A DNA stretch of 64,000 bases from Gemmatimonadota bacterium (GTDB lineage: Bacteria > Latescibacterota > UBA2968), in the NCBI GenBank assembly GCA_002727195.1, contig PBWH01000005.1, positions 529,285 to 593,284 on the forward strand, read 5' to 3'. The position numbers and the translations under genes were made by a program. The first letter of the stretch is position 1; each line of letters opens with the position of its first letter. Shown in pieces: positions 55,001-61,627 of this stretch. The notes below the pieces were generated by a model. It did not search any database, had not been told where the DNA came from, and saw only the letters and a list, made by a program, of their open reading frames with translations.

Positions 55001-56107
55001 CGAACCATTGACGGGGGTCTTCAGACCTCCGACTGGTCCGGAGAGGAGACATTCATCGTCGACACCGTCAGTCCCGTCATCGACAGCGTTCAGGTGCGGC
55101 CGCGGGTGCTCACCCAGGGTCGCCGGGCATCGGTGGTGGTGGACTTCAACGATGAGCCGGCCGGCATGGACAACGCGGTCTCTCCGCGGGTGACTCTACA
55201 ACTCGCCAATCAGGCGTCCGAGCTCGAGCTTACCCAGCTCAGCTACAGCGGCGATCTCTGGATCGGGGAAGTCGACGTTGAGACCGACGTACCTTCGGGA
55301 AGTTTCGTCGTCCGGGTCTCCGGGGCCGTGGACCTCAAGGGGAACACCATGGAGCCGTTCGAGAGGTCGATCCCTGCGCTGATCGCCCCCGGCGGGGGTG
55401 GCATCGTGGAGAGCCCCGATGGGCTGCTGCGGCTTCGCCTCTCGCCAAACGTGCTGCCGGCTACGTTGTCCGAGAATCCCGATGTACGGATCGATCCCGT
55501 GGTGGTCGGTACAGAACCCTCCGGTGTGACGGCGAGTCACGGCGCCTATGAAATCACATCTGAGCCGGCTCTCACGCTGCGGAAAGCAGCGACCCTTGCA
55601 TTCGACATACCCCAGGGCGCCGCGACAGACCGACTCGCCGTATATCAGCTGAGTGGAACGGCGTGGACCAGGTTGGGAGGAACGGCGGCCGCGATGGTGT
55701 TCCGCGTTCCCGTGACTGAACTCGGGACCTACGGTCTCTTCGAGGACAGCGCTCAGTCGGGTGGTTCGGCAAGCGTGTCCAACATCGACTTCAGTAATCG
55801 CGCGTTCTCTCCACGCGGTGGAGGAGGCGGGCAGGCAGCGGGTCGACCGGCCCCCATTCTCTTACGCACAACCGACATCTCGTTCGACCTGTCCGGCTCT
55901 GCTTCCGTACGGATCGAAATCTACGATCGCTCGGGCCGACTGCAGAACGTGCTGGCCGCAGGCAGACAGATGAACGCCGGACGGAACGTCATAACGTGGG
56001 ACGGGCGCGACGGTGACGGGGATTCCGTTCGAAGTGGACTCTACATCGTTTCGATCGAGGCCGATGGCGAGCGTGAACAGAAGACAGTAGCGGTGGTCAA
56101 TCGATGA
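52046..56107 (+). CDS. Secreted protein with two seven-bladed FG-GAP/VCBS (integrin-alpha-like) beta-propellers, two Fn3-like domains, Ig-like region and FlgD-Ig-like C-terminal domain
   Basis: The ATG at 52046 gives a signal peptide (MTLFPPAGIRRTTALAPLLASFLIAVFAAPARGQ). There are 7 + 7 copies of W[GA]D[YVFLI]D[GND]DGDLDL Ca-loop motifs. Each set is followed by an Fn3-like domain (ALTYNLRIGTSPGGNDV..YYWSVQAVD and ALTYEIRVGDSPASNNI..YNWSARTID). The C-terminus SVRIEIYDRSGRLQNVL...ITWDGRDGDGDSVRSGLYIVSIEA is FlgD-Ig/CTD-like. Confidence 0.85.
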   Translation: MTLFPPAGIRRTTALAPLLASFLIAVFAAPARGQTLAASQQLTGVWGASTTWADVDGDGDADLLLTGLTGPDDNCEPVSQLYRNDSGTLVEQATSLPGIHLGAVAFGDYDGDGDLDLALSGATSDGSGILTLYRNNGGSFSEDISQSGLLSETLRYSTLAWGDYDGDGDTDLLASGMNAAGNARTVLFNNGRINADRVGSPLGGSPILTEDIPNSERMINLSQGNAAWGDLDGDGDLDLAATGYGTDGGRQAALYINDPLGTLTLDTRNGQLPPLSGGDIAWADYDADGDLDLVLSGWNTNWEATFQIYTNAAGILREDLSFSSRRIVGSLAWGDFDNDGDLDLAASGQTNVSERLSFILVNEPVGTLTEDNGQSLAGARGGDLAWADVDADGHLDLVIAGEVDGEGRETTVYRSQGGSVTNSVPRPPDRLGSPFVTSLGVALDWNDGTDAESASTALTYNLRIGTSPGGNDVFAGSVPVGTGNVGSAKTIRLAIPLARDTYYWSVQAVDPGYAVSAESQEEIFRVQDLVSSVQNLRPLRESGFEWGDYDNDGDPDLVLFGRDIDGRGRSILYRNDGGILTENASVVLQGMLNGDASWGDYDNDGDLDLALVGQDAGENPYSHLYRNRLELGDFALNIANVQALDQVRSSDVDWGDYDNDGDLDLALMGQVIGSRVTKVYRNDDGTFVEAVSLTGVDNGDLGWGDYDDDGDLDLAVIGQTSNAFESTLTVYRNDPVGTLTEDTRSALSGAFAAALAWGDYDSDGDLDLGVSGFDPQVGRITRVYENDGTGILTDSGQSVTGAAASDLDWGDFDNDGDLDLAVLGNTDAGPILELYRNDNGVLEEVPIDILRGVDFGSLGWADIDSDGDLDLLSTGRASDDGVNFTLTSSANDNLESRFNPNAAPIPPDGLTSSTDGADIQLSWMQGSDDGTSPTPTGALTYEIRVGDSPASNNIRSGAGSVEFGAIRTTSLVLRNLPSGSYNWSARTIDGGLQTSDWSGEETFIVDTVSPVIDSVQVRPRVLTQGRRASVVVDFNDEPAGMDNAVSPRVTLQLANQASELELTQLSYSGDLWIGEVDVETDVPSGSFVVRVSGAVDLKGNTMEPFERSIPALIAPGGGGIVESPDGLLRLRLSPNVLPATLSENPDVRIDPVVVGTEPSGVTASHGAYEITSEPALTLRKAATLAFDIPQGAATDRLAVYQLSGTAWTRLGGTAAAMVFRVPVTELGTYGLFEDSAQSGGSASVSNIDFSNRAFSPRGGGGGQAAGRPAPILLRTTDISFDLSGSASVRIEIYDRSGRLQNVLAAGRQMNAGRNVITWDGRDGDGDSVRSGLYIVSIEADGEREQKTVAVVNR

Positions 56108-57597
56108 TCAAACGCGCAAGCACCATACTGCACGGCGTATCTGCCGTATTCCTGGCGACGGGACTGGCCTGGGCTCAGCCCAGCTTCACCGATGTCACCT
56201 CGAGTGCGGGTGTGGCCAACTCGGTGCCCTCGACGGGAGCGCCAAGGGTCGGGACGGGCGCGGCGTGGGGCGACTACGACGACGACGGTGATCTCGATCT
56301 GTATGTGACCAATTGGGCGAGCTCCGTGTCGCAGAGCCTGAACAGGCTATACCGGAACAACGGCAACGGGACCTTCTCCGATGTCGCGAGTTCAGCCGGG
56401 ATGGGCAGCGTTGCGCGCAACAGCGTGGCCGCCAACTGGATCGACTACGACAACGATGGCGACCTCGACGTCTACGTCGTCAATTTCTTCGAGCAGGACC
56501 AGCTCTACCAGAACAATGGAAACGGGACCTTTACCCGGGTTACAGGCAGCGCAGACGTGAACGTCATTCGCCAGGGCGACGAAACGAATGCCGCCTGGGG
56601 TGACTACGATGGGGATGGATATCTCGACATCTACGTCTGCAAGCGGCGATTCCGGAACACCCTCTACCACAACAATGGAAACGGGACGTTCTCCGAGGTC
56701 GGCGAGTCCGCAGGTGTCGCCGATAACCGCGATTCAGAGGCTGCTGCGTGGGCGGACTACGACGCCGACGGGGACGTGGACCTCTACGTCGTCAACCGCG
56801 AGCAGAACAACGCGCTCTACAAGAACGACGGGAATGGGAACTTCACTGAAGTGGCCTGCGAGGCGTCTATCGACAACACGGACATCGGCCGGGGTGCGGC
56901 TTGGGTCGACTACGACCTCGACGGAGATCTCGATCTCTACGTCGTGAACGTCGGCGGGAACGCACTCTACCGGAACGATGGCAACGACACGTTCGTAAAC
57001 GTCGCGGACGGAGACATCAAGAACACGGGATCCTCCTGGATCAGCTGGACGAGCTCCTGGGCCGACTACGACACGGACGGAGACCTGGACGTTTTCGTGA
57101 CGAACGGAGCGGAATCGGAATCAGGCCAGGCCAGTGCGCTCCTGACCCAATCCAATGGGACCTTTACTGAGGAAACGGGAACAGGCCTGTCGGCCTCTCC
57201 GACGAACGCGATTGCTTCGGCGGCTGGAGACTACGACGGAGATGGCGACGTCGATCTCTACGTCGTGAACAGCCAATTCCCGAGTTTCGAGGCGTCGACC
57301 CTCTACAGAAACGATTCAGACCCGACAACCTACTTGACCGTGAGGCTACGCCGACAGACGACCGGTGGTGATTTGTCCGCCGATGGGATCGGCCTCAGGG
57401 TGCGTGTGCTCGATGGAGATACGCTGATCGGACACCACGTGATGAGCTCCGCCGAGAATGTCCAGGAAGCAGTGTTCGCCGTTCCGGCCGCTGTCACTGT
57501 CAGGGTCGAGGTTATCGGCCCAACCGGTCGCGTCACGGGATCGGACGTAGAAGTGGGAACTGTTCAACTGACCACCGTCGTGGGACTGACCGATTAG
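56104..57597 (+). CDS. Secreted seven-bladed FG-GAP propeller protein with ASPIC/UnbV-like C-terminus (CRTAC1 family-like)
   Basis: Signal peptide MIKRASTILHGVSAVFLATGLAWAQ and seven WxDYDxDGDLDLYVVN motifs. The C-terminal LYRND....YLTVRLRR...DGIGLRVRV resembles UnbV_ASPIC. ATGA overlap with the upstream gene. Confidence 0.8.
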   Translation: MIKRASTILHGVSAVFLATGLAWAQPSFTDVTSSAGVANSVPSTGAPRVGTGAAWGDYDDDGDLDLYVTNWASSVSQSLNRLYRNNGNGTFSDVASSAGMGSVARNSVAANWIDYDNDGDLDVYVVNFFEQDQLYQNNGNGTFTRVTGSADVNVIRQGDETNAAWGDYDGDGYLDIYVCKRRFRNTLYHNNGNGTFSEVGESAGVADNRDSEAAAWADYDADGDVDLYVVNREQNNALYKNDGNGNFTEVACEASIDNTDIGRGAAWVDYDLDGDLDLYVVNVGGNALYRNDGNDTFVNVADGDIKNTGSSWISWTSSWADYDTDGDLDVFVTNGAESESGQASALLTQSNGTFTEETGTGLSASPTNAIASAAGDYDGDGDVDLYVVNSQFPSFEASTLYRNDSDPTTYLTVRLRRQTTGGDLSADGIGLRVRVLDGDTLIGHHVMSSAENVQEAVFAVPAAVTVRVEVIGPTGRVTGSDVEVGTVQLTTVVGLTD

Positions 57598-60500
57598 ATG
57601 CGCCTGCTCCTGACCATACTACTCTTGATCCCGTGGGCCGTTTCTCCCGCCCACGCGGACCGACCTTCCATGGCAACGACAGCCCGCACGATCGCGCTGG
57701 GCGGAACTGTCACCGCGCTCTCGAACGACGCCTCCACAACCTTCTGGAATCCCTCGGGTGTCGCCACGCTGCAGCGGCAGGAGCTGGTCTTCTCTTACGC
57801 CGACCGGTTCGGACTCGGCCTGAGCAACAGCTACACCAGCTACGTATTCCCGCTTTTCGAGCGCCACGCGGTCGGCGTCGACTGGTTGCGCGAGAGTTTC
57901 GGCGACAACGAACTCGAAGATGCCCTCAACATCATCAACCTCAGCTACGGTATGCAGTTGCACCGGGCATTGTCCCTGGGTGTCGGCTCCAAGGCGGTCT
58001 TCCAGAGCATCGACCTCGACGAGGTGAGCCTGCGCAGTGCAAGCGGCTTCGGCTTCGACCTCGGTCTCGTGCTGACACCGAAGACGAGCCCGTTCGACAG
58101 GCTGAGAGTCGGGCTGACGGTTCAGGACATCGGCGGAACCAAGGTTCGAGACAGCAATACCCAGTTCGAGGAGGAGATCCTCGAGCAGAACATCCGCGGC
58201 GGTATCGCGATCCAGGCGACACGGGACATCACGATCGCGGCGGACGTCGACCAGAACGCGATCCACTTCGGGGCGGAGTACCAGCCGATCGCGTCGCTGA
58301 TCGTACGGGGTGGGCTCAACAAGGCGCTGAGCGAGCCCTCCGGGGGAGACAACTCGCTCGCCTTCGCGCTCGGCTTTGGCCTGAAATACAACTCGATCCA
58401 GCTCGACTACGCTTTCGAGAACCACCCGGTCCTGCCGGCGACACACCACATTACGGCAGCCCTGTCCTACAACGCGTCTGTCATCAGCATCAAGGACGCG
58501 ATCATCCGGCCGGCGCCGATCTTCAAGTCTCTCTACCGGACCTACGAGGCGAGTGAGTTCGCCGACGTCGTCCTCCGGAACTCTTCAGCCGACCCGATGG
58601 ACGTGACCGTCACCATCGAGGTCCCCACGCTGACCGATGCGCCCCACGAAGAGTCGTTCACCGTGCCCGCTCAGACCACTGAGCGATACGGACTGAAGCT
58701 CACGTTCCCACAGGATCTCCTGTCGACCCAACCGTCCTACTACGACAACCTGGTTCAGCCGACCGTCAAGGTCACCTACCAGCAGGGACGACGCGCAAAG
58801 ACGTCGAGCAAGACGCTCAACAGTGTGTATGTCCTCGGTAAAGGGAAGCTCTCCTGGTCGAACCCGCGGAGGATCGCGGCATTCATCACGCCCGAGAGCC
58901 GGACCGTCGACAGCTTTGCCCGTGGGCTCGTGGCTCAGTATGCCGACCAGCTGCGCGACAAGTTCGGCAACAACAACATGGGTAAGGCCGCGCTGATTTT
59001 CGACGCCATCGGGGCGCACGGGCTGCGTTACCAGCAGGATCAGACCACGCCGTATCTCGAGATTTTCGAGGATGACTCGGTATTCGACACGGTCAAGTAT
59101 CCGTATGAGTATCTGGATGCGAAGATCGGCGACTGTGACGACTGTACAGCGCTGTTCTGCTCGATGCTCGAGAACCTGAACATCCCCACCGCCATCCTGG
59201 ACGTCAACGACCCGGAGTATGGCCACATATATATGATGTTCGACAGCGGCATCTCGGTGCAGAACGCCGGTGACTTTTTCCTGAACGAGAAGGAATACGT
59301 CCTCTGGGACAACCGGATCTGGATCCCGGTCGAGACGACGCTGTTCGGCTCCTCCTTCTCGGATGCCTGGCGGAACGGCGCGAAAGAATACTACATCCGG
59401 AAAGAACGCGGCTACATCAACGAGATCCTGGTGTCTGACGCACAGGGGACGTTCCGTCCTGGCGTCGTGCCGGACATCGAGATCGAAGTGCCATCGGCGG
59501 ACAAGATCGCTGAACTCTTCGACCGGGACCTCTCGTTCTTCGATAACCGTCTGGACCGGATCGCCCTCTCGTCTGGCGTGTCGCTCGATTCCGCCGAGGG
59601 TCTGTATGATGCAGGCGCGGCTTACCTGAGGCTGGCGCAGCTGGATCGTGCGGAGACGTCGTTCACCGACGCGATCAAGATGGATCCCGAAATGGCGGAT
59701 GCCTACAACGCGCTCGGCGTGGTAATGACGCGGCAACGCCAGTATGACCAGGCCCTGGAGTTGTTCAACAAGGCACTCGAACTCAATCCGAACGATGCCG
59801 GCTTCCGGATTAACGTCGCCCTGGCCTATCACCTCCAGGGACGGTCCGAGGACGCTGAGCAGGCCTATCAGCTGGCCATCGACACCAACAGCGACTTTGC
59901 CGGCGCGCTCAGTTTCCTCTCTGGCGGCGGAACGGCCGGCGCACAGAAGACGGATCCCCTCAACCGGATCGCCTCGGAAAAGTCATACGAAGATGGTGCC
60001 GCTTTCCTCAGGCTGAACAGGTTGGATCGCGCGACCGAGGCTCTGGACCGAGCCCTGTCACTAAACCCGAACAACGCCGAAGCGTTGAACGCCAAGGGCG
60101 TCATCGCCACGCGTGAACGTCAGTATGACGAGGCCCTCGCGCTGTATCAGCGGGCCGTAAACGTGACGCCGGGGAACGCCGGGTTCCACGCCAACCTGGC
60201 CATTACCTACCATCTGCAGGGTAAGAAGGATCAGGCGATTCAGGCCTACCGCAAAGCGGTCGACCTGGACGACAACTTTGACGGCCAGCTGGACTTCATC
60301 ACCGGCGGGCAACCGATCCAATCGATTGAGATCGCTTCGACGCCCTCGTCAAAAACTGCGGGGCCGCTCCAGAAGATCGCCGCCGAGAAGGCATATGACG
60401 ACGGCGCCGCCTTCCTCAGGCTGGGCCGACTGGATCGGGCTTCGGAGCAGTTCGACCGCGCCCTGTCTCTCAACCCAAACAACGTCGATGCCATGAACGG

Positions 60501-60717
60501 CAAAGGCGTGGCCGCCACCCGGCTACGGAAGTATAACGAAGCCGTCGAGATGTTCAACCGGGCCATTGCCCAGGATCCTGACAATGGCGGATTCCTGATC
60601 AACCTGGCGATCTTGCGTTATCTGCAGGGCGATGGTGACGGGGCCAGGGAGGCCTACGAGAAGGCTGTGATTGCCGATCCAGGCATGGAAGGCCAGTTGG
60701 AGTTTCTCGAAAAATAG
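57598..60717 (+). CDS. Fusion protein: N-terminal outer-membrane beta-barrel (PorV/PorQ- or FadL-like), transglutaminase-like cysteine-protease core, three TPR super-repeats
   Basis: Signal peptide MRLLLTILLLIPWAVSPAHA. The motif TARTIALGGTVTALSNDASTTFWNPSGVA is followed by about 14 amphipathic beta-strands in the first ~290 aa. The transglutaminase-like core is KIGDCDDCTALFCSMLENLNIPTAIL...YGHIYMMF...RIWIPVETT, with the candidate Cys codon at 59134-59136. The ATG comes directly after the upstream TAG. Confidence 0.7.
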   Translation: MRLLLTILLLIPWAVSPAHADRPSMATTARTIALGGTVTALSNDASTTFWNPSGVATLQRQELVFSYADRFGLGLSNSYTSYVFPLFERHAVGVDWLRESFGDNELEDALNIINLSYGMQLHRALSLGVGSKAVFQSIDLDEVSLRSASGFGFDLGLVLTPKTSPFDRLRVGLTVQDIGGTKVRDSNTQFEEEILEQNIRGGIAIQATRDITIAADVDQNAIHFGAEYQPIASLIVRGGLNKALSEPSGGDNSLAFALGFGLKYNSIQLDYAFENHPVLPATHHITAALSYNASVISIKDAIIRPAPIFKSLYRTYEASEFADVVLRNSSADPMDVTVTIEVPTLTDAPHEESFTVPAQTTERYGLKLTFPQDLLSTQPSYYDNLVQPTVKVTYQQGRRAKTSSKTLNSVYVLGKGKLSWSNPRRIAAFITPESRTVDSFARGLVAQYADQLRDKFGNNNMGKAALIFDAIGAHGLRYQQDQTTPYLEIFEDDSVFDTVKYPYEYLDAKIGDCDDCTALFCSMLENLNIPTAILDVNDPEYGHIYMMFDSGISVQNAGDFFLNEKEYVLWDNRIWIPVETTLFGSSFSDAWRNGAKEYYIRKERGYINEILVSDAQGTFRPGVVPDIEIEVPSADKIAELFDRDLSFFDNRLDRIALSSGVSLDSAEGLYDAGAAYLRLAQLDRAETSFTDAIKMDPEMADAYNALGVVMTRQRQYDQALELFNKALELNPNDAGFRINVALAYHLQGRSEDAEQAYQLAIDTNSDFAGALSFLSGGGTAGAQKTDPLNRIASEKSYEDGAAFLRLNRLDRATEALDRALSLNPNNAEALNAKGVIATRERQYDEALALYQRAVNVTPGNAGFHANLAITYHLQGKKDQAIQAYRKAVDLDDNFDGQLDFITGGQPIQSIEIASTPSSKTAGPLQKIAAEKAYDDGAAFLRLGRLDRASEQFDRALSLNPNNVDAMNGKGVAATRLRKYNEAVEMFNRAIAQDPDNGGFLINLAILRYLQGDGDGAREAYEKAVIADPGMEGQLEFLEK
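59591..60714 (+). repeat. Three tandem ~130-aa super-repeats, each of about 3 TPR motifs (coding repeat)
   Basis: The units begin EGLYDAGAAYLRLAQLDRAE, EKSYEDGAAFLRLNRLDRAT and EKAYDDGAAFLRLGRLDRAS. Each ends in a hydrophobic/Gly tail: ALSFLSGG, QLDFITGG, QLEFLEK. Confidence 0.8.
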
Positions 60718-60811
60718 TGCGGTCAAAAGTGTGACGGGCGACACCAGACAGCTCCTCGAGGTCTTCTAACTCATTGTCACACAAATAGATACAATTTTCC
60801 ATTTTTTGGAT

Positions 60812-60863
60812 GAGAAATCCCTCTAAGCGTGTCCAGAATCACGTACACTCTGCGGGATTTCTC
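60812..60863. promoter_or_regulatory. Perfect 10-bp inverted repeat in an AT-rich intergenic region
   Basis: gagaaatccc (60812-60821) and gggatttctc (60854-60863) are separated by 32 nt. They are flanked by cacacaaa (60778-60785) and tttgtgtg (60870-60877). The site lies upstream of the gene at 60955. Confidence 0.4.
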
Positions 60864-60954
60864 GTATGTTTTGTGTGTAAGATGAAGAGCATCTCAACAC
60901 CACCTCAACGACGATAACAGAAGTCGGGACCTGATCACTCTAGGAGGACTGACC

Positions 60955-61452
60955 ATGAAGCGCTTCTTGTCCCTCGCCCTCGCGGGCTTTGTTGCAGCAA
61001 GCATGATCGCCACACCGGCTCTTGCAGAAGAAAAGAAGGACGAAGAAAAGAATGACGACAAAGTCAAGGTGTCGAGCGCCTTTCTGAACCGCTGGAAGAA
61101 GATTAAGAAGGTGGCCGAGAATCGTGGCCACGAAACACAGCAGACACGCACGGTCGCTGGTGTGCGTGGCGCCGAGGCTGAAGATGCCGTCCTGGACCAG
61201 CTCTACTACAAGGGCGGAGTTCGCTACCCCAGCCGTGTCGACCTGAAGAACGCGATTACACAGCTTCAGGAGTCGATCAAGGCCGACCCGAAGGCCGAGA
61301 CGGTACCGGAGCAGAAGTATTTCATCGCACAGTGTCACACCCAGCTTGGCGAGACGGATGCAGCCAACGCCGTGTATACGGACATCGTCGAGAATCACGC
61401 TGATTCCGACTTCGCCGCCCAGGCGAAGGAAGATCTCGAGAAATTCGAATAA
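60955..61452 (+). CDS. Small secreted protein with Lys/Glu-rich region and TPR/YbgF-like C-terminal helix pair
   Basis: AGGAGG RBS and signal peptide MKRFLSLALAGFVAASMIATPALA. The C-terminal segment KYFIAQCHTQLGETDAANAVYTDIVENHADSDFAAQAKEDL is TPR-like. Confidence 0.6.
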   Translation: MKRFLSLALAGFVAASMIATPALAEEKKDEEKNDDKVKVSSAFLNRWKKIKKVAENRGHETQQTRTVAGVRGAEAEDAVLDQLYYKGGVRYPSRVDLKNAITQLQESIKADPKAETVPEQKYFIAQCHTQLGETDAANAVYTDIVENHADSDFAAQAKEDLEKFE

Positions 61453-61500
61453 CGTTCTGATTCCACCCTGGCAACCCCTCCCCGCCAGAGCGATCAACAC

Positions 61501-61536
61501 GAGCAGCGTCGGTTATTCCGGCGCTGCTCTTTTTTG
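61501..61536 (+). terminator. Rho-independent terminator
   Basis: gagcagcgtcgg ttatt ccggcgctgctc forms a 12-bp stem with one mismatch, followed by ttttttg. Confidence 0.75.
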
Positions 61537-61627
61537 TACCCTCTTTGTCGTCACCGTCCCGTGGCGTTATATTGCGGGGCCACATTAGCCACTTCCCCCA
61601 AACCTACCACCCTAACGGGGTTGCCCG

